Shown here: in pieces, positions 37,090 to 49,221 of the stretch
Numbering within the stretch: position 1 is the stretch's first letter
Layout of the letters: each line of letters starts with the position of its first letter
Source of the DNA: Octopus sinensis
Lineage: Eukaryota
Reading direction: 5' to 3'
Assembly (NCBI RefSeq): GCF_006345805.1
Contig: NC_043005.1
Location: forward strand, 61,938,001-62,002,000
DNA length: 64,000 nucleotides
Notes under the pieces: generated by a model
The model's database searches: none
Told to the model about the DNA's origin: nothing
What the model saw: the letters and a program-made list of their open reading frames with translations, nothing else
Program-made: the position numbers and the translations under genes

Positions 37090-37375
37090 AGTTTTCCGTT
37101 GGTGTGCCATTCAGAAAGTCCTGCAGACCACAGCTTGCCCCTGACAGACATTCGCGCGCCAATCTCGAGCTAATCGACTTTTTCGTTTTCCACATGAAAC
37201 GGAAAATAAAGCTGGAGAAGAAATGCTTGTCGCAAAGTGTGTTTCGTAAAAGAAGGAAGTCTATAGCAAGTATGTTGCGAGTGAAAGAACCTGTTTAAAC
37301 GAGAATATAAAAAGAAGAAAGCAAAGTCTTCAGTGTGATTATGTGGTTTGTGGGATCGACCGCGTCCTCTGTTTC
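37090..37375 (+). promoter_or_regulatory. Candidate promoter / first exon of a rightward gene
   Basis: CpG-rich non-repeat segment with GCGCGCCAATCT (CCAAT box) just before the CpG-poor domain begins. Strand inferred; no ORF assigned. Confidence 0.3.
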
Positions 37376-37828
37376 ATTTTTTTTTTTTTTTGTAAATCAC
37401 TCATTCTCATTTAATTGTATATATTTTGTTTGTTTATTCTACGTTTCGTCTCATTCGATACTCTGACCCCAGTGTTTGTTTTGTCTGTCCTCGTATCGTC
37501 CCCTCTTTTTAATAAAGAAATTAACTGATGCACACACACACACACACAGCCAGTTAGAAAATTCGTTTGATCGTCAGAATTCGCACTATTCATTATGGCT
37601 TCCTGCTCGTTGAGTTTAAATCGCGCTGATGTCAACTTTACTTTTCATCCTTTTGGAGTGGATAACGTTCTAGTTCAGTATTGATAACAATTCTTCTCAC
37701 TCACTTTTATTTTTCCATGAGGAAGAAACCACACTGTAATGTTAAGTCGGAAGGGTACATACACAAACGCAGTTTCAGGTATTTCAAACCTTACGAGTAA
37801 ATTTCTCGCTGGAATATGTTGTCTTTTG

Positions 37829-38520
37829 GGATCTTTTTCTTTTGAACGGCACTTTTCAACACAATTTCTAGTTAACTAAACACTTTTAAACTTCGTATAC
37901 TGGTAGAATGTGTCAAAATAAAACATTTTTTTTCTCTTGGCTTTCTTGAGAAAATTGTAATGTGTTTGTTTAACGTAGTTTAATTTTTCGAATTTTAACT
38001 AATCCTATACCCTCTATTGAGCTAAAATCATTTGTAATATGAAAGACTTGTTCACAAGTCAACAAAGAAATAGCAGTTAAATATCTTCGCAATTATATGG
38101 TGTCATATTCGAGATCTTTATAAAATCTTTCCTGCCATCAGAATTTAGGATACACATGGTTAACATGCATCTTACCGTTGTAAAAAAACTGACTGTATAT
38201 TGCGATAAAAGAAAAACGAATGAAAAATGTTTGACATCCAATGAGTGGCTTACTATGTGGGTTTCGTCCACTTCTCTACTCATAAGTTGTTGACAATTCA
38301 CTCAATTTTGTTGATCCAAACGATGACAGCAGCCATACACAGACTATAGGACAGTGATGGATGTTCGCCAAGAAGAAATTCAGGCAACAATGTGGGATAG
38401 TGATGATTATTTATTTACATCATATCTTCATAAGCATGTGTGGCGAAACAAAGTAAGAGATCGTGAAAAACTATTTACGAATCTCATTTCATGCATCAAC
38501 GATTGTTATGTTTTCCAGTA
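37829..38520 (+). mobile_element. Merlin transposase pseudogene carrying the same left end as the 408-bp MITEs
   Basis: Starts GGATCTTTTTCTTTTGAACGGCA, with ~200 bp homologous to the MITE end. Then MKDLFT..NKEIAVKYLRNY, later SNEW, NFVDPNDDSSHTQTIGQ*WMFAKKKFRQQCG and DDYLFTSYLHKHVWRNKVRDREKLFTNLISCINDCY (Merlin/ISXO2 motifs NFVDP, HTQxIExxW, SYLxEFMWR). Right TIR not found. Confidence 0.85.
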
Positions 38521-38789
38521 AATGTGATTGTTTTCATCTTATATAAAACAGATGTGCGGTCTTCATGTTATATTAAATATGTGTACATTTATGTATTAGC
38601 TACATTGGTTTGTAACACTGTTTATAGGAAATTGCAGGTTGTCTCTATCGTCACTTCTGCTTTCTGTTGCAATATTTTTTCACATTCTATGAACAATTTA
38701 CTATTTAACGCCTGTAAACTGCATGTTTGCACCACAAAGATAATTATTTCAACTTCTGGCTCAGGGCCAGCAATTATTGGCGGGAGGGA

Positions 38790-38945
38790 GAAGTCGATTG
38801 CATCGAACGAGAGTACTTGATATTTGTTTTATTGACCCTGAAAAATGAGACGCTAAGTCGACTCAAGTATTTGAACCCAACATGAAGACAGACGAAATGC
38901 CACCAAGTATTTTCTCCGGTGTGCAAACGATTCTGCCAGAGCGTG
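38790..38945 (-). mobile_element. SINE family A, degraded
   Basis: AAGTCGACTC..GTATTTGAACCCAA...GACAGACGAAAT...AACGATTCTGCCAG. Confidence 0.7.
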
Positions 38946-39269
38946 CGTGCACCATTTCTTTTTGTGTGCAGTTAGAATAAAAGCAATTTTATATGAATCT
39001 AATGGGTTACTCAATACTTTTGTGGTGTACAAATTTATTATTCTTATACAGTCTGACAACGGCTTAGCTGGTCGAGATTTCAAAGTCACTGCCAACAAAT
39101 ATATGTATAGATATCTTAGAATAAAAGGCAATATGTTCCTGTTGGTCAGGCTAGGGAAAGCAGAGTAACACAACAAACGAAGTGGGTGGAGTGAGTGAGT
39201 CAGAGGTGGTAAAACAAACGGACAGCATTCAGAGGTTTTGCTATAAAAACTTGATATTTTAATAAAAAG

Positions 39270-39960
39270 AAAATTGCAGCAAAGCTGTGTGATAGTGATG
39301 TAAGAAGTGGCATGTAGACCATCATGTGATATGTTAAACATATATTTTCCCTGCTCCACTTATTGTGGTGCACCTTCCCTGCTCCTTTCTTTTATGGTCA
39401 ATAGCAATATATCGGTGCCAGGAAACTGGCCATGAATCCAATGATGTAGAATTCAAATTTCTAATAATTTTATTTAAGTCATAAGCCTTGCAGTTCAAGT
39501 TTGTCTTAAGTTGGCAATGGGAATGATAACAAATCCAACAACTGCTGATGGACTGACAGATTTAATGGTTGAATTGAAATTTTTCAATTTATGAACAATA
39601 TCCCAGTTGTGAGGGAAGACAAACATATATCAGATGAATTTTTAGAATATCATTAATACCGGCTGCAATCTTAATGAAAAATTGTTTATGGACAGGTAAA
39701 GAATTGAGAATATTATATGTTTTGTGCGTTAATGTGTCAATTGTGGCATCCTGCCTGATAGTATAAAATATATCAATATCCTCTGTGTGCTTGTAGTTGT
39801 CAAAATTGTTTCTCTACATAAGAATAGTATTGTCATCTTGTTGTATAGCCTTTAATTTTCAGGCAATTTTTTGATGTCACTGACATTTCCAGGAGGGGGC
39901 AGTGTAGTTGCATAGAAATGGGGATTTCTTTTGTCAATATAAACAATTCTTTCTTGCTAT
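39270..39960 (-). pseudogene. Decayed intronless SGNH/GDSL hydrolase-like gene
   Basis: Hand translation across frameshifts: NTILM*RNNFDNY...IRQDATIDTL...FIKIAAGINDILK / DIVHKLKNFNSTIKSVSPSAVVGFVIIPIANL / DLNKIIRNLNS...PVSWHRYI / FNISHDGLHAT. This gives block III (GxND) and block V (DxxH) in SGNH order; block I is damaged. Confidence 0.65.
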
Positions 39961-42085
39961 TTGCATAATTAAAACAATGAGATAAAGTGAGATGTGACAT
40001 GAGCATTGCATTTTTATTCTTCTCTTCCGTTTTTGTGAATCCAGTGTGTACATTCCATGTTCATACTTTTCTTTCCGATTCATATTCAAAACTGTTTACA
40101 AGTCACTACCATCTCGCAGACCTACGGTCGTGAGGAGCACTTTGTGCTCTGATGGTTGTAAATTAAAACTGCAAATTTTTATCGTAAAGTGTATGTAGTT
40201 TATCAGTTTCACACACAGATATATAAATTATATGAGATTAAATATTAAACACCTTTGTTTTCAAAATATTATCATTCACATAACATAGCCTATATATAAT
40301 TGTTGTATGAAGGATAATATATGAATGCTTTCATTTTTTTCTTTTTTCATTTTAGTCCATTTTCCTATTATTGCCTTTTCTGATACAAACCCTTATTTCC
40401 TTTTCCAAGTAAAAGATAATGTTTTACTGATTTCATCAATCTAAGTGTAAAGAAACATGTGCATGCACACACATTCATGCATGCATTCACACTTAGATGC
40501 ATGCGCATGCAAAGGTGTATATATAAACATGTATAAGTGTGTGTGTGTGAGAGAGAGATGTCTATATAGAAATGTATGTATTATGTATATATAAACGTAT
40601 GTATATATATGTCTGTCTGTTGTAGAGCCAACCAAAGCCTTGTGAGTAAATTTAGTTGATGGAAAGTGAAAGAAGACCTCCATATGTATGGGTGTTGCTT
40701 TGGAGTGTGATCTACAAGGGAAATTACTTTAGATGGATTTTGTTATTTAAGTCAGTATGATAGAGAAAAAGTGATCTTCATTGTAGATCACATGCCAAAA
40801 ACAGCACCTATGTATGTATGTATGCATATATATAATATCCATGCTTGTATGTGTATATAAACCTGTATATATGTGTACATATATATACATACACACACAT
40901 GTATCATGTGGACGATATTTTCAACTGCGGCATTACAACCATATCTGATTCTTCAAGTGCAACAATTCTGTGCATGCACACACACACATACTGGATTGCT
41001 GGCATTTATTAATGGTTTCTCCCACTGTGTTGATTCGTCATTTTGTATTGCTAATAAAATTGTCAACATCAGTATGCTAGTATATATATAATGCCTTGTG
41101 GGTGAAGTTGATAGGCAGGAACAACACGTCATGTATGACATTGTTTGTGCCAATCTAATTCACTCACAAAGCTTTGACTGCCCTAGAGCTATAGCAGAAG
41201 GGACTTGTCCATGTTGCTGCTCAGCATAACTGAACCTGAGACGATGTGATAGCAAGTAAGAGCATAGATACAGGTATGACTATTAACGATATAACCATAC
41301 CTGCACCTCTGTCCTACTTTATAGAAAAAAAACTAGCCTGTTCTAAAGATCAGTATTAAGTTTATATAGATTTCTGGTGAATGTCAAAATAGACAGTGAA
41401 AATTATTCTATATAAATTGCGAAAAAAAAAAAAAATGAAAAAGCAAGGCAATATGTTTGTCACTTTATATAAGTGACTTACACATTTTCTCCGCCCAATT
41501 TTGTTGCCTTTTTTTTTTTCTTTTTTACCTTTTATACAGAATAATTTTACTGTTCATATTTTTCCTTCCAACCAATATTGATTTTGTTACGCCATGAATG
41601 AATAGCAAAAGGAGAGTTTTCCTAAGATGTCTGCTTGCTATTGTGAGGAAATTTTGATATGTCTAGACCGAGAGCAACAGTAACGGTTTCTTATTCAATC
41701 TTATAATGCGTGTATGTATATTGAATGTCAAATCTGTCTTGAGACACTGTTTACTTATCAACTTATTAAAGTTTTATTAAATACAAAAATTTAACATGAC
41801 ATTGTAGCTATATTTTCGATGGCAAACTAATTTATGTATGGTTCTGTTCTTTTCTATTTTTGTGTTTATATTCTCTCAACAAAAGTGTACCAAATATACC
41901 ATTCTAAAAGTCCTATATATTTTGTAAATAATAGTTTCTTATTTAATCATAAGTCCAGCAATTTTAAAGGGAAGGGTTAGTCGATGCAATTGATTGACCT
42001 TCAAATTTGATGGGCACTTTATATTATTGATCAAAAAATTATGTGAGGCAAAGCTGACCTCAGCAGAATTTGAAACCATATTCTA

Positions 42086-42483
42086 GGCATAGGAGTGGCT
42101 GTGTGATAAGTAGCTTGCTCACCAACCACATGGTTCTGGATTCAGTCCCACTTCATGGCACATTGGGCTAATGTCGTCTTCTATAGCCTTGGGCCGACCA
42201 AAGCCTTGTGAGTGGATTTGGTAGACGGAAACTGAAAGAAGCTCGTCGTATATATGTATGTATGTGTATATGTTTGTGTGTCTGTGTTTGTCCCCCCAAC
42301 ATCGCTTGACAACTGATGCTGGTGTGTTTGCATCCCTGTAACTTAGCGGTTCGGCAAAAGAGACCAATAGAATAAGTATTAGGCTTACAAAGAATAAGGC
42401 TTGGGGTTGATTTGCTCGACTGAAGGCGGGTCTCCAGCATGGCCACAGTTAAATGCCTGAAACAAGTAAGAGTAAAGAGAGTA
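42086..42483 (+). mobile_element. SINE family B, full length
   Basis: GGCATAGGAGTGGCTGTGTGATAAG head through AAGAGTAAAGAGAGTA tail. Confidence 0.92.
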
Positions 42484-42499
42484 TAATGAATTCTTTCTA

Positions 42500-42700
42500 C
42501 TATAGACACAAAGCCTGCAATTTTGGAGGAGGTGAGCTAGTCGATTAGAGACCCCTGTGCTTGACTGGTACTTATTTCATTGATCCAAAAAAGGATGAAA
42601 AGCAAAGTCAACCTCAGTGAAATTTGAACTCAGAATGTAAAGATGAACAAAATACCTCCAAGCATTTTGTCCATGTGCAAATGATTCTGCAGCTTGCTGC
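42500..42700 (-). mobile_element. SINE family A, CpG-decayed
   Basis: GGATGAAAAGCAAAGTCAACCTCAGTGAAATTTGAACTCAGAATGT...GATTCTGC. Confidence 0.8.
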
Positions 42701-43369
42701 TTCTATTCCGCAAGAAATTAATAAAACTAGAAATAATTTAATAAACATTTTCAACAGTGTGAGAAAAAAGATGGTTTTAGTATAAATGTTTATATATCTT
42801 TGAATGTCAATAATTATATCTGAAATATTTTTCAGAACGAAAGATAGCACGGTGTTTTAACATCTAAATGCTGATATAAGGGAACAAAATGTCAAATAAT
42901 GTTAACCTTGTGATAACGTATGGCAGATTAAGGTTAATATATTTATTAGTTTTTGCAAACAAAATTAATCATTTAGAAGCAATTTCGCTTTAAAATAGCA
43001 AACTGACACCAACTTCTCTCCCCCACCCCATGTATGTGTGTAAATTTCTCTTTTTGTAAACACATCAATATATATATACATATGTATATGTAAGTAGGTA
43101 AGTATCTGTGTTAGTGTTTGCCAAGCAACATGTTTACATTGGTTATTAGGTCGGTGCAGTTATGTGGTTTACAGGAAAGTGTCAAAATAATATAAGATGA
43201 CAAGATGGAAAAATACCTACTAACGGGAAGCCGTGTTGCTGGCTGAAGTTTTATTACTTAACTGTATGTACAGGGAGAATTGAAATTTTACACATGTGCG
43301 TGCTTACAATTATTTGGATAGGTAGATAGTGAGGAACGAGATATACAGAGATAAGTGCTATCTATCATC

Positions 43370-43400
<31 letters not shown>

Positions 43401-43449
43401 TTGTACACACATACACGTATGCAGATATATATATATAAACAAACTTTCA

Positions 43450-43900
43450 GATCAGTTCAAATATGTTTGAGACTCATTTGACCTGTAAAAAGGCCATCTT
43501 CACTGTGATTTGCCATGAAGAAAATTCCTTGCTAAAAGCAACAGATATTAAAATGGCAACAGTAATTTCAAAGCACTCTCTGTGGACCGATGAAAGCTCC
43601 TTTGCTATCATCAGTTTCAGAAACCAAGTGGGACAATACTAAAATGACTTTAGAAGTCATAAATTCCTTATAAAAATTCAATTTCTGCCAGGTTCAAACA
43701 AATTATATAGTAGGCGCATGGAGCAGTGTTGTGAAACAAACTTTGATGTAGACTTCCAAAGCGATGGAAAGATGAATCAAAAATTTCCAACCCAACTGAA
43801 AGAAAAGTCTGCACGCAAAGAGAAAATGAAAGCGCATTGTAACCAGTGATGTGTAAGGACATTTAATATTTTGGTTGACAGTGCAATAAGATATACTCAC
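43450..43900 (+). pseudogene. Possible very old Tc1 transposase scrap
   Basis: One frame gives SLWTDESSF, resembling the Tc1 first catalytic D motif (VLWTDESKF); flanking support is weak. Confidence 0.3.
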
Positions 43901-44699
43901 TCATTTGTTTCCTGCTTGTTTTTTCTTTTCCATGTTAGCAAGCATTAGATGAATGTTATTGTGTCATTATATAGTGGTAAACTTTACCAGTTTTCAAGCA
44001 AGGAATCTCTTATTCTATATAGTGTTTGCACTAGGGTATATATTCTAATGTATACTAGTGTGAACATGCTGTCTTTAAGATAGCATGTTTTATATTGATT
44101 TGATATCATTGTATCATATATTCCTGTAGTGTATATGAGCAAAACAACCCCCGTCCAATGGACGGTGCTGAGTTGTCAAACATTTAAACCAAATTTTCTC
44201 AAAACAACTTGTCCGACCGTCCCATAGGCCTCCCCTTTGAGAAACACTGATTTAACCTAAATTTGAGACACCAGCAAAAGAAGAAATAAAGATAGACTTA
44301 TTTTCTATTCCAAAGAAAAACGATTTCATTCATACAAATATGCAACCGAAGAGTTTAAAGTACCAGTAATGAAAAGGCTGTTGACTGGGAGAACACAAAC
44401 ATGGTTTAAACAGTAAGCTTGGCAGGAAAACAATGTGCCTTTAAGCAGTACAAAAACAACAAAAAATGGAAGGTGCAGTTATGTACAGGTTAATGGAAGA
44501 AAAGCAGGACAAAAACAGTGCATGCAAATGGGTTAGCTGGAGGTAAATCTAGATGGAAAAGCATGATGAATTTATGAGAACGTACCTGGGACAATAAGTT
44601 TATCCAATAAAACATGTAGGAAATCAACTTGGGACGATTTTTGATGAAAAGCAACAACCTAGGGAAATAAGTAACTAATTTTAAGCTAACTTACTTTAC

Positions 44700-45137
44700 G
44701 GGCATGGAAAAGCTAGTGGAGTGCAGTCTTGTAAACCACATTCCTTGTTACTCTGTCTGGAGCGTAGTAGAAAAGGTTTGTCGAACAGCCCACATACAGT
44801 TGTTCATGTGAAAAGCAGGGAGTGCTGAGGTCCAACCCCATGACTTTCAATGACTGCCCCTGTGCTTTGTTGATGGTCATCGCGAAGCTCAGGCGAATAG
44901 GGAATTGAATGCGTTTCAATCGCAACAGTTGATGTACTTGCACGTACAAATGCATGTTCCCACGGCTTTATTGATCACATTCTCACCTGGAATCGATTTT
45001 TGTAATTTTTTCAAGACTTATATATGCCCTGATACCATTGGTATCTACATATCAAATTTGAGCGCAATTGGATGGAGGATGCCCGAGATCCTAGAAGACA
45101 CACACACACAGACAGACAATGGATTTTATATAATAGA
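44700..45137 (-). mobile_element. Helitron with Pif1-like helicase C-terminal fragment
   Basis: 5' A|TCTATTATATAAAATCC with ACAGAC repeats; ORF LKRIQFPIRLSFAMTINKAQGQSLKVMGLDLSTPCFSHEQLYVGCS. A candidate decayed 3' hairpin CCGTCCAATGGACGG lies at ~44148-44162. Confidence 0.88.
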
Positions 45138-45689
45138 TATGCATAAATATACATGTGGCATGGATGTAGGAAGAACACTGACAGGACACGCAACATGTAG
45201 GAAGCTCAATGTGAATAGTGGAAAATGTAAAATAGAGCTATATGATGAAATGCAATTATGTTAAAAGAACATGCTTTTATAAAACAGTGAAAAATTACTA
45301 CCTAAATACTGTCAGTAATTTATATATATGCACACATACTTCGATGCCTTTTAGATATAGTTAGTATTTGTTACTAAACACAATATCATCATAAATACCA
45401 TTATCCTTTTTATGTTTCTGTAGTGAAAGATTGAGCCCATCACATTCACATTACTGTCACCCTTTTGATGCAAACTGGACAAAAGAAGTATATTATTTGT
45501 TTATATATAACATGGAGTTATGTGATCGAATAATTACATACAAAATGAAAGTGAAGTGAAGCAAGTCCATATGTAGATATGTAAAAGCAATGTTATCTTA
45601 GTATTACTTATGTTGAAATAAAAATTCTAAAAGTATATTTACCGTTGTTAAAGCAATAGGTATACCTACACAATTCTGCCCGCTATTTT

Positions 45690-46330
45690 GTTTCCTGCAT
45701 AACTTCCGGGAAAATGGATATTTTTTAATGAAATTGTCTACACATACGTTTCAGATGGTCTAGATTCTGATTACATCAGAATTGGTTGTGAAAAAACGGT
45801 TTTCCAGGTGAAAAGAGTTTAAGACAATTCACTGGAGTGGCCTTTGTCTCCTCATCACTTTTGGAGAAATGAGAATTTTTTAAATGAAATTTTCTGCAAA
45901 TACCTTTCAAATTGTCAGTTACAATTATATCAGAATTTGATGTGGAAAGAAAAATGGGCTCACACACATACATACTCACATCATAATTTTCTTTTTTTCG
46001 AAATTTCATGTTCCATTTTGTAGATATCTGATGTGTATCAGTATTTGTGTGTGCAAGCCCACCAACTTTTGCATATCAAATTTTGATATAATAATAATCT
46101 ATACACTCTGAAAGATATTTGTAGAAAATTTCATCAAAAAGTATCCATTTTTCTGAAAGTAATGTGGAAACAATGCCAACTCATGTGATTTTTCCAAAAC
46201 TTCTCTCCCCACCCAAAGAAAGACATTTTCACAAATTTGGAATCTACATCATCTGAAACATATTTGGAAAAAATTTCATTAAAAGATATCCATTTTTATG
46301 GAAGTTATGAGGAAACAAAGTTATGAGGAA
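45690..46330. mobile_element. Strongly decayed inverted arms of the Merlin foldback family
   Basis: CATAACTTCCGGGAAAATGGATAT...AATGAAATT (+) pairs with AAATTTCAT.AAAAG(T/A)TATCCATTTT..GAAAGT(A/T)ATG (-). Confidence 0.6.
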
Positions 46331-47853
46331 CACATGTAATAGGTATGTCAAGTAAAATGCAACAGTTGAAAATGTAAAATTTGAAGCAGACAGTTATAAG
46401 ATGAAATACTGCAAAACAGTTTACAGAACATGCATTTTAATATTAAGAAACAACGATGAATAAATGAAGAATATTAACTGCAAAAAAAAAAAAAAAATGA
46501 AACAAGCTTAAATAGATGTCATAGAGATATTTGAACACGTAATGTTTGCCAAGTAATTCAAATGACAAGCTACTTGTGCATATCCCAAAACTGTAGTTCA
46601 GTCATGACCTCTTCACTCCAGCCAGGGCAAGTTATATCAGTGCGCACATATTACTGGAGTGCTAGAATTAGCAGGCATTTTCTAAAAATTATGTCCAAGA
46701 TGTACACACGCTCACAGAGCCTGAGTTCCTATCCCGCCCCATTCCAACGATTGATGTGATCAAGATGAACTCTTCCATTAATTTTGAGATACCTGATAGA
46801 TAGAAGGCAATTCAGCATATAGAATAACGTGATGATGTAATACATTAAGGAAAAATAAACCATGCTATTGAAATATTTGTAGCATGTATAGAACTGTTGA
46901 ATATCAATTCACCTTCATTATATATCTATATATTTATAATGAATAAATAGGGATAAAGTATCCAGGTGTGTACTGTACATGCACTTTCTTATAATCTGGG
47001 TAATGGCTATCTGCATTAAGTTGTAAGAAGCACTTAGCATTGCTTAAATAAGCAAAGTCACTGTATTTCATCTGATGGGTAAATCCTGGGTCCATAGCAC
47101 TAGATTTTACTGAATGTATATTCGAGACAATTACAATGAATTCAGAAACTAACACATTGGCTTATTTTTTTTTTTTTAGTTTCTACAGCATATTTGAATC
47201 GAATGCAGTTGCTAATTGTGTATACTGCAGAAACATGCATCAGACACATTTAAGCCAAATATGTTGTATAACTGACTGAAGAAATAAAATGTGTGTGCAT
47301 GCATGTATGTGCGTGACTCGCTCCCTCCCTCTATCTCCTTACCAACAACACTCAAAATGAGGGAAAGTGCTTCTGTTTTTGCATATACAGTCTGTAATTT
47401 ATTCATTTTAAACAGCCACCCTCCCACCTGTCTATCTTCTGTCTGTCTGCTTCTTTTCTGCTCTGTGTCTCTGCTTTAAATATTAAAACTGAAGCCAATA
47501 AAAGGCTTCCAGTAAGCAGTTAATGTTATTTTGCTATCTTGTCATTTTCAATGTTAATTTGACACTCTGCTGTCAACCACACATTATCGCTATATCTATC
47601 TGCACGCATACACATTTATATAGGACGAGATAAAGAGACATAGAAAGTATTATTGCAAGCGAGATAAGGTAAAAGATAATAAAAGAAATGGAATCCAAAG
47701 AAATTGGTGTTAGTTTATTGCTATAAAAATAAAATTATTCTTCATCTTATCTCATCTGCTGTAAGGACTTGTCTGAAACTTCCCTTCAAAACATTAAAAG
47801 TTTTATTTTTACACATGTATGTATGTATGTGCATAGCTACATACATACATTTG

Positions 47854-47891
<38 letters not shown>

Positions 47892-47892
<1 letters not shown>

Positions 47893-48467
47893 TCTCAAAA
47901 ATATAAGGAATGGCCATAATAGGACATTCGACTCACTAGAAAGAGCAGCCGAAACTCAAACTGCTAATAGTTGTAATTCTGAAATTGAAAGAGAAATAAA
48001 AACATTTACCCTTTCATCTCTGGACTATGCATAGTTTCGGCAAACTTTAGTAAACAAACAAATTAATTAAATTAAATTAAATTTATTTACAACTGGCGTG
48101 CCTCGTCAGCAGAGAAGCCAAGGACGAACATATATCCATGAGGCGATGGTAAGGAAGCCTCAAGTCTATATGCTATAAATTTTCAAAATCTACCGCAATT
48201 GTGCGGTCTTCTCAGCAGCAAATATAAATTGCTGATTTAATTTCAAAATTAGCCAAAAAATCATTAATTAAAATAAATTTAATTTAATTTAATTAATTTG
48301 TTTGTTTACTAAAGTTTGCCGAAACTATGCATAGTCCAGAGATGAAAGGGTAAACGTTTTTATTTCTCTTTCAATTTCAGAATTACAACTATTAGCGGTT
48401 TGAGTTTTGGCTGCTCTTTCTAGTGAGTCGAATGTCCTATTATGGCCATTCCTTATATTTTTGAATG
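47892..48467. mobile_element. Tc1-like MITE with ~195-bp near-perfect TIRs
   Basis: TA|CTCTCAAAAATATAAGGAATGGCC... / ...GGCCATTCCTTATATTTTTGAATG|TA; arms differ by only a handful of substitutions. Confidence 0.88.
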
Positions 48468-48583
48468 TATATTATATAGTCTTTGACTATCTTCTCTTTC
48501 CCACTGGACCGCTGGTAGCGGAGAATTTTTTCTAGAATTTTTTGCTACTCTTATATTTATTATTTATTATATATATATATATA

Positions 48584-48990
48584 GGCGCAGGAGTAGCTGT
48601 GTGGTAAGTAGCTTGCTAACCAACCACATGGTTCTGGGTTCAGTCCCACTGCGTGGCATCTTGGGCAAGTGTCTTCTGCTATAGCCCCAGGCCGACCAAT
48701 GCCTTGTGAGTGGATTTGGTAGACGGAAACTGAAAGAAGCCTGTCGTATATATATATATATATGTATGTATGTGTGTGTGTGTTTGTGTGTCTGTGTTTG
48801 CCCCCCTAGCATTGCTTGACAACCGATGCTGGTGTGTTTACGTCCCCGTTACTTAGCGGTTTGGCAAAAGAGACCGATAGAATAAGTACTGGGCTTACAA
48901 AGAATAAGTCCCGGGGTCGATTTGCTCGACTAAAAGGCGGTGCTCCAGCATGGCCGCAGTCAAATGACTGAAACAAGTAAAAGAGTAGAG
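48584..48990 (+). mobile_element. SINE family B, full length, young (CpG intact)
   Basis: A-box-like TAGCTGTGTGG, B-box-like GGTTCAGTCCC, central (TA)(TG) tract, AAGAGTA tail. Confidence 0.95.
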
Positions 48991-49221
48991 TATATATATA
49001 TATAGAGAGAGAGAGTTAATCCAAACATGAAAACACAAAGAGAAAACACAACAACGCAAGGACGTGGAACAAGTATAGTATTATTGGACGCTCAGGAAAG
49101 AAGGAGGGTTTAACGTTTCGAGTGGAGATCTTCGTCAGAAACATAGGAAAAGGAAAGATCCAAAGAAGGGAAGACGGAGGGAAAAAAATCACCAACGGTA
49201 CATATGGTACATAAATACATA

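Noticed and set aside
46934-47155. 73-aa minus-strand ORF (DPGFTHQMKYSDFAYL...)
   Set aside because: No recognisable domain or convincing splice context; the length is within chance expectation.
48584-48660. tRNA gene calls at SINE heads
   Set aside because: A/B-box-like motifs are present, but they continue into SINE bodies in many copies and I see no complete cloverleaf.
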